A DNA stretch of 63,942 nucleotides, counting the filler, from Chrysochromulina tobinii (Eukaryota), in assembly GCA_001275005.1 (NCBI GenBank). It is 9 parts of 9 records of this genome, joined end to end, with 100 filler letters (N's around TTAATTAATTAA, not from the genome) between each part and the next. Parts side by side here need not be neighbours in the genome. Positions count along the whole stretch, not along the records: positions 1 to 11,651 come from JWZX01000335.1; positions 11,752 to 16,754 come from JWZX01000336.1; positions 16,855 to 19,690 come from JWZX01000337.1; positions 19,791 to 28,099 come from JWZX01000339.1; 5 more parts are not named here. One strand, written 5' to 3'. A program made the translations under genes and the position numbers. Positions 10,768-22,488 of the stretch are shown here, piece by piece. The stretch's first letter is position 1; the number at the start of each line of letters is the position of its first letter. The notes beneath the pieces were generated by a model. The model saw only the letters and a program-made list of their open reading frames with translations. It made no database searches and had not been told where the DNA came from.

Positions 10768-10949
10768 TGACGGAGGCGCCTTCCTGTGATGAGGTCGTGT
10801 GAACAAATGGCGGACCCCGTGTGTGTGTCTGTTGAAAACAGGACCACACAGTACAGCGGCGCTCATGCAGGCGCGTCCCCGGGGGGCGCGTTTACATGAC
10901 TACTGGCAACAGGCCAGCAAGCGGGGCGCCGCTAAGGAGGTGAGATTTC

Positions 10950-11450
10950 CTGGATTTCGCCCAGATGGCGACGGGGAGCGCCGCGCCGATCACGGCGGCG
11001 AGCGAGATGAGGCGCAGGTGGTGCGTGAAGAAGGAGGTGGTGGCCGTGCGCGACGTGCCGTAGACCGTGCGCGCGTGCGGTCGATGCACCCCTCGGCGCG
11101 CGTCTCGGCGTGCCACGCGTACAGCATCCCCACCGCGTCCTCGGGGTGCACCGCGCCGGTGGTCTCGATGACGATGAGGACGACCTGTCGGCCCTTGGCG
11201 AGGGCATCGGCGTAGTGCCCTGCATGCCCAGCCACGTGTCCGACGCCCGTGGCGTGGTCGAAGGGCGCCTGGTCCGCCGTGCCGCGCTGCTTGCAGCCGA
11301 GGGTGAGGTGGCGCGCGCTCTCCGCGGTGCCGCCGAAGGCGATGTGCGAGCCTTCGTTGGTCGAGACGGCGCCGCCCTTCTTCGTCGAGCCGTGTCCCAG
11401 CGCCTGGAACTTCCTGATCGGCGTCCAGCACTTGACCTCGTTGAGCGTGT
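10950..11450 (-). mobile_element. 3' fragment of an RLE-type non-LTR retrotransposon, frameshifted
   Basis: EVKCWTP...HYADALAKGRQVVLIVIETTGAV, then after a frameshift YGTSRTATTSFFTHHLRLISLAAV. Resembles the restriction-like endonuclease tail of CRE/R2-type elements. Confidence 0.55.
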
Positions 11451-11651
11451 GTGTGTCTGTCTGTCCGTGTGCCAGTCTGTCGTCCCAAATTTGGGAGCAC
11501 AAAAGCGGGCGCTTCAAGCTCCTTCGAACGGCGTCCCAAATTTCTCCACCGGCCGAAGAGGCTTCCATGTGACAGCGCCTCGGCTGGCGCTGCTACGCAG
11601 CAAATCGCGCCGCCGACGCGCGCCCCGGCCGGCCGCGGGCCCACCGACGCC

Positions 11652-11751
11652 NNNNNNNNNNNNNNNNNNNNNNNNNNNNNNNNNNNNNNNNNNNNTTAAT
11701 TAATTAANNNNNNNNNNNNNNNNNNNNNNNNNNNNNNNNNNNNNNNNNNNN
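11652..11751. other. Artificial contig linker
   Basis: N44-TTAATTAATTAA-N44, with stops in all six frames. Confidence 0.99.
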
Positions 11752-14700
11752 TGCCGGTGCGTCCTCGCTCGCCGCCACCTCGACCTCAATCGTCTCGCCC
11801 TCGTGCAACCACTTCCAGCCGTTGGGCGGCACCGAAGCGCCCGGCACCGGCGGCTCGTCACCCTGTGCCGGCTGCTGCGTCTCGCGCTTGACGGGAGCGG
11901 GCTCCAGGTTGAAATGGCGCGCAATCTCGGCGCGAGATCGGAAGCGCTTTCCCTGCGCCGGTGGGGGCAGGGTGGGGCGGGCGAAGGCTCAACAACGGCC
12001 TGCATGGCTGTGAATATGAATAGGCTCAAGAAAGGCCTGCAGAGCTGTGCGCGCGAGGGCTGTTCGCACGACTGCGCCGCGCGCTCCCACTCACCTGCGC
12101 GTTGAAGAAGTATGAGTCATAGGTGCCTGCAGTGGCGCCCTCCTTGCGGAATTCGGTCTTGGTGTACCAGCCATTGATCATCTCCGTCGAGCCGCCGCAG
12201 TTCTCGAGGTACTCCGCCAGTGACGCGAGTAGCTTCACGGAGCGCTCGGCTTCTTGGGCGGGGTCGAAGGAGGTGCGCAGCTTCTTGGGCGGCGGAGGCA
12301 CCGCGCTACGCGTCTTGTACACTTCTCCGGAGGGGGAGACGTAACGATAGTGGTACCCGACCTCCGCCACACCAGACCTGCGGACCTTCCATCCGGCGGC
12401 GAAGGCACCCACCCACAGCTTCGCGTCGACTTCATCCGCAGGCTCCTCGTGCACTAGCTCCTTGTGCTTTGACAGACGGCGCTCTGCCTTGAGCTTGGCG
12501 CGCTCCTCGCGCTCGATCTCATGCACACGCATCTTGGCTGCACGCATCACAATCTCCTCGAGAATCTTGGAGATTACCAGCCGGTCACGCTCGTCACGCT
12601 GCGCCTGCTTCTTGGCCGCCAGCTGCTCAGCCTTCTCGCGCCGCTCCAACTCCCTGGCGGCTTCCTTGGCGGCTTGCAGCTCGAGCTTCTCGCGCTCCTT
12701 GGCGCCACTCGCCGCTTGGCGCGCGCGCTCCTTAGCCTCCGTAGCCAACCGGTGCAGCTCCGCCACACGCTCGGGGTTACTGCCGAGGCATGCCTTAGCC
12801 TCGAGGATGAGCGCCCTGTACTCTTCTCGCGCGACCCTCTCCTCCTCACAACTCGGGGGCCCGGAGGAGGCACCGGCCCACAACCCAGTCCCGCCCTCGC
12901 TCTTCTTGATCGTGGGTGCGCCAGCGGCGTGATTCACCTCGAGGCTCATCTCCGACAGGCGCATCCTGTCAAAGCCATCCGGATAGAGCGAGACCACAAA
13001 CGAGACGCGCTCCATCGCTGCATCCTCCTCGGCATTCGAAACGGCGTCAGCGCCGCTCACGCCCATCGAAGCGTCACCGCTTGTGCCCTCTCGGGTCTCC
13101 GCGGCCGAGCCGCTCGAAGACGCACTGGCCTCGCCGCTTACACCGGAAACAGGCAAGTGGTTCAGCAGATGCTTGAGGCGGCGCAGTAGCGCGCGTGGGT
13201 CCACAGAGTACTTCCGCGCCGAGGGTAACGCCACTGCGGCATCCGCAACGTCACCGTCGCTGTCGCCGTTACCGTCGCTGTCGCCGTCGCCGTCGCCGTC
13301 GCCGTCGGCGTCGGCGTCGGCGTCTGCGTTTGCGTCACCGTCACCATCGCCCTGTCTACTCGCGCTATCTACTCGCATGCCAATCGACGCTTTGTCTACA
13401 CGCACGCGCTTGGCCCGTCGGCGCCAGTCCGAGCCCTCCTCCTGCCACGAGAACCAGTCGTCCCACTGATCTGAGCCGTCGGGCAGCACGATGCGTGCCT
13501 GGAAGGAACCGTCGATGCGGACGGTGAGTACCTCGGCCGTGACCCACACTGCCGGTGCGTCCTCGCTCGCCGCCACCTCGACCTCAATCGTCTCGCCCTC
13601 GTGCAACCACTTCCAGCCGTTGGGCGGCACCGAAGCGTCCGGCACCGGCGGCTCGTCACCCTGTGGCGGCTGCTGCGACAGCGTCTGTGTGAACTGTTGT
13701 GGCGCCCCCCTCACCGCGCTACGCGACTTGTACACTTCTCCGGAGGGGGAGACGTAACGGTAGTGGTACCCGACCTGTGCCGTGCCCGACCTGTGGATCG
13801 TCCATCCGGCGGCGAAGGCACCCACCCACAGCCTCGCATCGACCTCATCCGCAGGTAGCGAGCCACTTGTCCTTCCATCCGCGGCGTGGCTGGCGGCGTG
13901 GTTTGAGGCCAGCAACTTGACTGGAGGGTCGATGCCGCCAGCCACGGCGCTCGAACACGGCGCAATGTCTGTGAACGCGCCGAGTGAAGCGTCGGCGAAG
14001 ATGGCCTCCCAGTTGGCATACCCGTGCGTGTGCACGCCCACTAGCAGCGCCGCGTCATGGTCCTTCGTCCATTCGGCGAGGTGGCTGGCGCTCGTTTCGG
14101 ATGGCGCGAGCTCGGGGCATGCAAACTTGATCGGCACGTGAGGCGCCATGAAACCATCCGGGGGCGCGGCCTCGATGGCGGCGTGTAGCCGGCGCATGTC
14201 GATGAGATGCGCGGTGAGCTGCTTCGCCTTCGAGATGATGCGCGTGTCGAACCACGTGGCCATCGACGGCTGCACGCGGACCATTTCCTCGGGCGCCTCG
14301 GGCGGCTCCTCGCCCGCGCGCAGCGCCTGGCCACTTCTCATGAAGAACCAGAGGCGCGCGAGCTTCATGGCAGCTGATGCTCCAGGGTCCGGCGGCTGCT
14401 GCTCCTGCCTTGCCTTGTCGGCAGCTTCCAAGTGCTTTGCAATGGCGAGCGCAGCCTCCACCGCTGTCGCAGAGTAGCCTAAGAACGTGGTGACACTGCG
14501 GCCTTGCGAATCGGTATGTGTACACTTGGCTCCGAATGGAGTTTTTCGCCGTATGTCCATGTACACGCCCATGTATCCCGTCGAGTTGTTCGCGGAGAGA
14601 TGCAGCCTGTAGCCTTCCGCCTCCTCGACGACGGCCGTGGGCTTCTCACTTGCCTCCTCCCCCTCCTCCTCCTTGTCGTCCTTGCCTGCCGTACCCTTCC

Positions 14701-16754
14701 GTCGACGAGTCGCGTCCTTGTCGTCTGCCGAAGGCTGGCAGGCGGTGCGCAGCGCGAGGGCCGTCGTGTACTGGCTCGCACGCTCCACCTCGTCGATGGA
14801 ACGCATGCTGAGCGCCGCTGACGAGGCGTGCAGCCGCTCGGCGCGCCCAAAGCCAAAGGACAAGAGGCCTGAGTAGAGTGCGCTTAACTGCGTGCGGGTC
14901 CACTCATTCGCCTCGCGCTTCCTCTTTGACTCCTTGGGATCTTTGGCATCCTCCTCGTCGCTCCAGCTGGGCGCCATGCGCTGTGGCTCACCGACAGAGC
15001 GTCGCGAGCGCCGCCGAATACGAACACCGTCTTCGTCGTACTCGTCTTCGTAGTCAGCCTCGTCGTCATCCTCGCCTCCAGCCTCCTCGTCACCGAGGAC
15101 CTTGGTCCAGAAGTCGGGATCGTTGAGGTCGAGCTGCGCCTCGGTCCCGTTGTGCGAGACGAACGCGGCCTGCGCAAAGGTGCCCTTGGCCTTCGCCTTT
15201 TCGTCTTCCTCGGTGCCCGTCTTCTTTGTGGCGCAACGGCCGAGGATCGAGTCGATGTCCTCTGCCGAGAAGGCAGCAATGCGCTCGTCGTGCTCGTCGG
15301 TGAAGAGCTCCTGCGCGCCGTGCTTGAGCAGCCCCTCGAGCTCCGCCGCCCGCTCGGCCTCCTTGGCCTTTCCTCCCTTGGCCTTGCCACTCGTGCTACC
15401 GCCGCCCTCGTCGTCCGCAGCGCCAGCAGTCGTCTGCGCAGCGTAGTCGCCTCGCCCGATGATGGCTTGTTCGAGGCCGAGCTTGATGTTGGCGCGCTCG
15501 TACATGGTCTGCTCGTACGTCCCCTTGGTGATCAGTCGGTAGACGGAGACCACCTTCGTCTGGCCGATGCGGTGGCAGCGCGCCTGTGCCTGCACGTCGT
15601 TCTGCGGGTTCCAGTCGGGGTCGTAGATGATGACCGTGTCGGCGGCCGTCAAGTTGATCCCTACGCCGCCCGCACGTGTGCCGAGCAGGAACAGGAATGT
15701 CTTCGACTCCGGGTGCGAGAAGCGATCGATGGCCGCCTGGCGCTTCTCGCCCGTGATCGAGCCGTCGAGGCGCTCGTACGAGTACCGCGAGAGCTTCAGG
15801 TAGTCCTCGAGCAGGTCGAGGAGCATCGTGAATTGGGAGAAGAGGAGGACGCGATGGCCCTGCTGCTGCAGCTTGGGCAGCAGCTTGTCGAGCAGCACGA
15901 GCTTACCCGACGAGGCCACGAGCCGCGTGAGGTACTCGGCGTCCTCCGCGAGATCGATGCCCTCCGCTTGCATCACGCCCTTGATCAGGAACGGGTGGTT
16001 GCAGCAGTGGCGAAGCTGTATCGCGAGGTTGTTGAACGAGGGGCCGTTGACGTGGCTCGCGCCGCGCAGCAGCAGCGATCGATTCTGCTCGAGCAGCGCG
16101 CGGTACGTCTGCTTCTGGTAGTTGGTGATCTCGACGGTCACGAGAGTCTCCTCCATCGGCGTGATGCCGAGGTCGACGTCCGCCTTGGTTCGACGGAGCA
16201 GGTACGGGCGGAGCCGCTCGGTAAGCGCGTCCACCTGCGCAGCCGAGGTCATGTCGCCGTACTGCTCGAGGAAAGTGTCGAGTGAGGGGAAGCCCTCGGC
16301 GTCCAGCAGGTTCAGAATCGACCAGAGCTCGCCCACGTTGTTCTGAAGCGGCGTGCCCGTCAGCGCGAGCGTCGGAATCGGCCCAAGTGACTGGAGAGCC
16401 GCGAGCGCCTTGCCAAACTTGTTCTTGAGCCGGTGCGCCTCGTCGAGGATGAGGTACGCCCAGCGCTCCACTTTACGGAACGTCTCGGCGCACGCGGTGA
16501 ATGTCTCGTATGTCGTGATGCACACGTCAAAGTTTGGGCGCGCGAGGGTCGCGCCGAAGCCCTTGGCCTTCGTGAGCGCGCGCGGCTTCGAGGCCCACTC
16601 GTAGTCGAGAAGGATCTCGCGCGCGTCCGCGGGGCCGTGGAAGAGCACCGCATGCAGCGACGTCCAATCGCGCACCTCGCGCTGCCAGTGCGGCACCGTC
16701 GAGAGCGGCACCACGATCAGGTACGGTCCCTTAGCCTTGTGGAACGTGTGCAGG
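11752..16754 (-). CDS. CHD-family SNF2 chromatin remodeller, partial at both ends, with SANT/SLIDE-like, AP2-like, MBD-like and Tudor-like modules; intron 12094-11953
   Basis: VVPLST, ILDEAHRLKN, LTGTPLQNN, LRHCCNHPFL, HRVLLFSQF, DWNPQNDVQAQARCHRIGQ; SLIDE-like WTKDHDAALLVGVHTHGYANW. Splicing GTGAGT...CAG gives YDSYFFNAQ-GKRFRSRAEIARHF (MBD). Confidence 0.9.
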
Positions 16755-16854
16755 NNNNNNNNNNNNNNNNNNNNNNNNNNNNNNNNNNNNNNNNNNNNTT
16801 AATTAATTAANNNNNNNNNNNNNNNNNNNNNNNNNNNNNNNNNNNNNNNNNNNN
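16755..16854. other. Artificial contig linker
   Basis: N44-TTAATTAATTAA-N44. Confidence 0.99.
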
Positions 16855-16888
16855 TCCGTTCCTCACGAGCCACAGAAGGGCGAGCTCG

Positions 16889-17543
16889 GGTTCGCTTCAC
16901 GCGCGATGAGTGGTTCCCTTCTACTTACAGTCTACCATCCAGGATGCGCAAGCCGCGCTTCTGAGTTGCTGAGTGTTCGATACGTCATCACATACCAGGA
17001 TGTGTATGCCGCATCTCATTGCGAGCTACATACTGGTCGTGTACCAATGTCAGCCGCATCATAGCATGCGGCAGACCGTGACTCTTACCCGAAATGGCAG
17101 CCTTCTCTGCAGCCAATCGGGACGCAGCAGGGAAGCCTCGGTGCTTCAACTTTTGGCATCGGGCGCCTGCCGCAACCCCGTCTGTCGTTTCGCTCACGCG
17201 TGAGCGGAGGATTGAGCTGTGCGCCATAGCGCTACGAGTCTCCACCCTTCGCTCCACACGAGCTACTTCATGGCAAGCTCTGGTTCGCTTCACGCGCGAG
17301 GAGTCTTCGCCCTCTGATCCACAGTCCGCCATCGGGATGTGCAAGCCGCACCAAAGATGTGCAGACAATCGATTCCACCATGCAGGATATGTATGCCGCG
17401 CCTTTCGACGTGCGAGCTACATACTGAGGTGGGTTAGATACTTGTCCACCAACCGGATGTTCACGCCGCATCTCTCGACATGCGAGCCACAACCTGGTTG
17501 TGTATGTGTCTGCCGCATCGTAGCGGGCGGCATACCGTGACTC
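16889..17543. repeat. Diverged direct duplication (offset ~393 bp at its start)
   Basis: Shared blocks GGTTCGCTTCACGCGCGA (16889 and 17282), TGCGAGCTACATACTG, and GCCGCATC.TAGC..GCGGCA.ACCGTGACTC. Confidence 0.65.
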
Positions 17544-17603
17544 GATCGTATGATTGTTGATAGTATGATTGCGATTCAGACATTCATGATTCTCTATCCT
17601 CCC

Positions 17604-19690
17604 GTCGAGACGCGCTCGTACTTGCGCTCACGATGCCCTTCTTTGGCGTCTGGCCGCCGATGATGTCGATGTGCTCTCGCCGTCCAAATAGGACGTTTAT
17701 ACCGCTCTCGCCATCGGGCAGAGTGATCGTACAAGTCGAGACGCACTCGTTGTGCGCTCATGGTACTCGATGCCCTTCTTTAGGCGTTGGACCGTGCTTC
17801 CGCCGCGGTGCTCTCGCCGTCCACATAGGACGTTTGTACCGCTCTCGCCATCGTGCCGGGCGATCGTACAAGTCGAGACGCGCTCGTTGTGCGCTCGTGG
17901 TACTCGATGCCCTTCTTTGGCGTCGGACCGCCGCCGCCGCTGTGGTCAGCTCTCGCCGTCCACATAGGACGTTCATACCGCTCTCGCCATCGTGCAGGGC
18001 GATCGTACAAAGCGAGACGCGCTCATTGCGCGCTCATGGTACTCGATGCCCTTCTTCGGCGTCGGACCGCCGCCGCTGTGTGCTCTCGCCGTCCACATAG
18101 GACGTTTGTGCCGCCGCTCTCGCCATGGTGCAGGGCGATCGTTCAAGACGAGACGCGCCCTTTGTGCGCTCACGGTGCTCGATGCCCTTCTTTGGCGTCG
18201 GACCGCCTCCGCTGTGTGCTCTCGCTGTCCACATAGGACGTTTGTACCGCTCTCGCCATCTGGCAGGGCGATCGTTCAAGTCGAGACGCGCTCTTTGTGC
18301 GCTCACGGTGCTCGATGCCCTTCTTTGGCATCGGACCGCCGCCGTCGCTGTGCTCTCGCCGTCTACATAAGACGTTGATACCGCTCTCGCCATCGTGCAA
18401 GGTGAACGTACAAGTCGCGAGACGCGCTCGTTGTGCGCTTATGGTACTCGATGCCCTTCTTTGGCGTCAGGCCACCGCCGCCGCGGTGCTCTCGCCGTCC
18501 ACATCGGACGTTTATACCGCTCACCCGCCATCGTGCAGGGCAATCAGTCTAGTCGAGACGCGCTGTTTGCGCTCACGGTGCTTGAAGCCCTTCTTTAGGC
18601 GTTGGACCGTGCTGCCGCTCCTGTGCTCTCGCCGTCCACATAGGACGTTTATACCGCTCTCGCCATCGTGCAGGGCGATCAGTCAAGTCGAGACGCGCTC
18701 ATTGTGCGCTCATGGTTCTCGATGCCCTTCTTTTGCGTCAGGCCGCCGCGCCGCAGCTGTGCTCTCGCCGCCCACATAGGACGTTTGTACCGCGCTCTCG
18801 CCATCGTACAAGTCGAGACGCGCTCGAAGCGCTCATGGTTCTCGATGCCCTCTTTGGCGTCGGACCGCCGCCGTCGCTGTGCTCTCGCCGTCCACATAGG
18901 ACGTTTACATACCGCTCTCGCCATCGTGCAAGGCGATCGTACAAGTCGAGACGCGATCTTATTGCGCTTCCTGGTTCTCGATGCCCTTCTTTGTCGTCGG
19001 ACCGCCTCCACTGCTGTGGTCTCGCCGTCCACACAGGACGTTTACAATACCGCTCTTGCCATCGTGCAGGGCGCTCAGTCAAGTCGAGACGCGCTGTTTG
19101 CGCTCACGGTGCTCGGTGCCCTTCTTTAGGTGTTGGTCGCCGCCGCAGCCGCTGTGCTCTCTCCGTCCACATAGGACGTTTACAATACCGCTCTCGCCAT
19201 TGTGCAGGGCGATCGTTCAAGTCGAGACGCGTTCATGGTGCGCTCATGGTTCTCGATGCCCTTCTTTGGCGTCGGACCGCCGCCGCAGCTGTGCTCTCGC
19301 CGTCCACATTGGACGTTTGTACCGCTCTCGCCATCGTGCAAGGCGGGATCGTTCAAGTCGAGACGCGCTCGTTGTTTGCGCTCATGGTTCTCGATGCCCT
19401 TCTTTGGCGTCGGCCGCGCCACTGTGCCACAGTGCTCTCGCCGTCCACATTGGACGTTTGTACCGCTCTTGCCATCATGTAAAGCGATCATACAAGTCGA
19501 GACGCGCTCGTTGTGCGCTCATGGTTCTCGATGCCCTCTTTGGCGTCAGGCCACCGCCACCGCTGTGATCTTACCATTGACATAAGACGTTTGTACCGCT
19601 CTCGCCATTGTGCCGGGCCATCGTACATGTCGAGACGCGCTTCTTGCGCTCACGGTGCTCAATGCCCTTCTTTGGCGTCAGGCCGCCGCC
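17604..19690. repeat. Satellite array of ~16 units of ~135 bp, running off the contig end
   Basis: Units start GTCGAGACGCGC at about 17604, 17735, 17872, 18012, 18147, 18280, 18414, 18552, 18687, 18812, 18945, 19083, 19221, 19357, 19496 and 19629. Indels do not preserve frame. Confidence 0.95.
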
Positions 19691-19790
19691 NNNNNNNNNN
19701 NNNNNNNNNNNNNNNNNNNNNNNNNNNNNNNNNNTTAATTAATTAANNNNNNNNNNNNNNNNNNNNNNNNNNNNNNNNNNNNNNNNNNNN
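19691..19790. other. Artificial contig linker
   Basis: N44-TTAATTAATTAA-N44. Confidence 0.99.
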
Positions 19791-20616
19791 AGCGGGCGCG
19801 TACGGCCGGGGCATGTCGACTTTGGTGGCGTGAGCTGATCGAGCAGCGTCGCGCAGGGCAGTGACGTGTTTGGTAAATTGGGAAGGGAAGGAAAGGGACT
19901 GGAAAGGGAGCAGGAAAGAAGAGGGAGTAGCATAGAACAGGTGCCAAAGTCCCAAAAGAGGGGGGGGTCTCAAAACAAAGCTGCATGCTAAGTACCCATG
20001 GAGTGTAGTTCAGGACTCAAATAAATGTAGTTGGTTACTCAACGCATATTATCATGCACATTCTCACGCATCATGTTTGTTTCCGGGCACGACGCGGTGG
20101 CACCGAATGGCACCGGCAGCTCGGCACAACGCGTGAAATACCTTTTTCCTCGCCACGTCACTGTTTGTTCAGGACGGGCGACACAGGACGTCTCTCACTG
20201 TTCCCCCGCCCGAGATCACGCTCTCTCGTGATCCCGTCGGCCTCTTCGGTCTCTCTCCGAATCGTCGCACTCCCTGCGGCCATAGCCGCGTCCCGCGTCA
20301 ACGGTCCTACGTAAGTACATGCATTCCCTTTTTGTTAAACCCACTTCATGCCACTTTTGGGTTGTGTCTTTTGTAAACGTCTATACATAAACAACAGACA
20401 ACACCGTAGCCTGACTTCAGTGTTCAGACTTGACTTTCACATTCACGACAGACAAGTCCCGCAATGGTCCTCAGCGTCTTCCTCACATGCTTCGGCCACT
20501 TGACCATGGTGATCCCGACGCCTCGAAATGCCATGGACGGTCCCCTAGCCGTCTTCGTTTATTCCGGAACATGAAACAGAAACAGTTCGAAAAACCCTGT
20601 TCACACCGCGAATACG

Positions 20617-21864
20617 ATGGCCGCCTTGATGAGTGGCGCTGTCGGTGCTTGCAACGCGTCCACCGCTGCGAGCTCTGCCGCGCTCTCCCGCTTTGGCTTC
20701 AGCCTCTTCGCGAACCTTTGCCACGCGAACCCCGCGCACAACGTAGTTCTGTCGCCACTCGTCGTCGCCGGCGCGCTCTCGATGGCCGTCGCCGGCGCGA
20801 CAGCCGGAGGCAAAACGGAGCAGGAGCTGCTCGGCCTGCTCGGCTTGAGCACGCACGCCGACTTTGCGGTCCTCACATCGGCGGTCTTGGCCTCCAGTGG
20901 CGCTTCCGTGAGCGCCGCCAATGGCATCTTTACGCGAGCAGCGGTCAGACCCGACTTTGTGGCGCTCGTGCGGTCGGCGCACGGCGCGTACGCCGACAAG
21001 CTCGGCTCCTCATACGGCCCCATCAATCAATGGGTCTCTGAGAAGACGCAAGGCCACATCCGAGACCTGCTCAGCGATCCCGTCGACCCGCTCACGGTGG
21101 CGGTGCTTGTGAGCGCCGTCTTCTTCAAGGGCTCATGGGCGACAAAGTTCGACGCAGCCTTGACGGCGGCGTCGGTCTTCTCAGCTCTGGACGGGCGTGC
21201 GTTGCCAGCCATGATGATGCGTCGCTCCGGCACGTTGCATGCGTCCGCGTCCGTCGACGAGCTCGCTGGCGCCGCCGCTGTCCGGCTCGACTATGGCGCG
21301 GGCGATGGACCGCATGACTTTTGTGCGCTGCTCGTGCTGCCTCCGGTGCCGGGCGCCACCGCGCTAGCGGCGACGGTGCTGGCCATGTCGTCGGGCGACG
21401 CGAGTGGCACGGCGATGCTGTCCCGTCTGCACCCGCAAAGGGTCGACCTCGAGCTGCCACGGCTCAAGGCAGAGTACGGCGCCGCATCCCTCAAGGTAGC
21501 TTTACGCTCCCTGGGGCTCGTCGAGAGCTTCGACGGCCACGGGGGCTTCCTTGGGCTGTCTCAGGATGAGGCAGTGCGCATCGACGACGTGGTGACCAAG
21601 GCGATGCTGGAGGTGGACGAGGAGGGCACCACCGCCGCCGCCGCCGCCGCCGTGATCATGCGGACCAAGTCGGCCGCGGCCCCACGCCCGCCGCTCCGGC
21701 TCGTTTTCGACCGACCCTTTGTGATGGCGGTGCTGCACGTGCCCACTGGCGTGCCCCTGTTCGTGGCGCAGCTCAATGAGCCTGCTGTGCCCGCCGTGGC
21801 ACACCTGATCGGCGATCACGGTCGCGCTCACGGTCACGGTCACGGTCACGATCGCCACCACTGA
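20617..21864 (+). CDS. Serpin (inhibitory-type hinge) with His/Gly-rich tail
   Basis: NVVLSP, INQWVSEKTQGHI, SAVFFKGSW, EVDEEGTTAAAAAAVIMRTKS and FDRPF; tail HGRAHGHGHGHDRHH. Confidence 0.95.
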   Translation: MAALMSGAVGACNASTAASSAALSRFGFSLFANLCHANPAHNVVLSPLVVAGALSMAVAGATAGGKTEQELLGLLGLSTHADFAVLTSAVLASSGASVSAANGIFTRAAVRPDFVALVRSAHGAYADKLGSSYGPINQWVSEKTQGHIRDLLSDPVDPLTVAVLVSAVFFKGSWATKFDAALTAASVFSALDGRALPAMMMRRSGTLHASASVDELAGAAAVRLDYGAGDGPHDFCALLVLPPVPGATALAATVLAMSSGDASGTAMLSRLHPQRVDLELPRLKAEYGAASLKVALRSLGLVESFDGHGGFLGLSQDEAVRIDDVVTKAMLEVDEEGTTAAAAAAVIMRTKSAAAPRPPLRLVFDRPFVMAVLHVPTGVPLFVAQLNEPAVPAVAHLIGDHGRAHGHGHGHDRHH

Positions 21865-22184
21865 CCCTGCTGGTCTGCACCGTCGCAGGGGCTACCGCCT
21901 CCTCAGCCGTGCGCGGCTTGCTCAGCCATGGCTGCAGGTCACGGTGCTCGATCGCCGCGATGAGCGCACTGACGACCCAGGTACAGGGCCTCGGGTGCCG
22001 CATCACCTCGCTGCAGGGGCTGCGTGACTGGATCCGGTGGCTCTACTGGCAGGACATGCTCAACCCCGGCGTCGAGTGCGGCGTTGCCTTCCTCCTCGAG
22101 CGAGGGCACGTCGGCATCTGTTGGCTTCCGATGGCCTCTGGTTGCGTCTGTGGTCGCGCTCGATGCGTTCCTGATGTATCCGTC

Positions 22185-22421
22185 TGGGAACGGGAGCCCC
22201 TGGCTCCAGGACCCCTTGCATGCCGCTTAGAGGGTCCGGCGTGTAGACCTGACCTCTCTAGAGCGGGTCGAAGTCCGAATGAGGTTCTTGGATGTCACCA
22301 CTGGACAAACACTCTTCGACTCGCGCGCGGAAACACCGCGCGCCCTTTCACCGGGACAGCGCTTGACGTAACTCTACGTGCATGCGACCGGAACGTCCCG
22401 GACCCGGTTTACCGACTCGCA
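22185..22421 (-). repeat. 3' LTR (237 bp, TG...CA)
   Basis: Minus strand begins TGCGAGTCGG directly after G8 and ends GTTCCCA. Its last 44 nt match the contig-terminal copy. Confidence 0.8.
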
Positions 22422-22435
22422 CCCCCCCCAATTAA
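22422..22435 (-). promoter_or_regulatory. Polypurine tract
   Basis: TTAATTGGGGGGGG immediately 5' of the LTR TG. Confidence 0.7.
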
Positions 22436-22488
22436 GGTGGAGCCTGAATTGATTTAGAGGAGGTTACTCGTCTCCTGATCCCGTGCTG

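Noticed and set aside
15152..16285. Long antisense ORFs (also 22613-23959, 46770-48011, 59770-61647 and many others)
   Set aside because: Shadow frames of real GC-rich genes on the opposite strand, with no motifs of their own.
17604..19690. CRISPR array or coding repeat
   Set aside because: Whole units are homologous with no unique spacers, there are no cas genes, and indels break every frame.
19880..19975. Purine-rich tract as a retroelement PPT
   Set aside because: No associated LTR pair or pol sequence on the contig.
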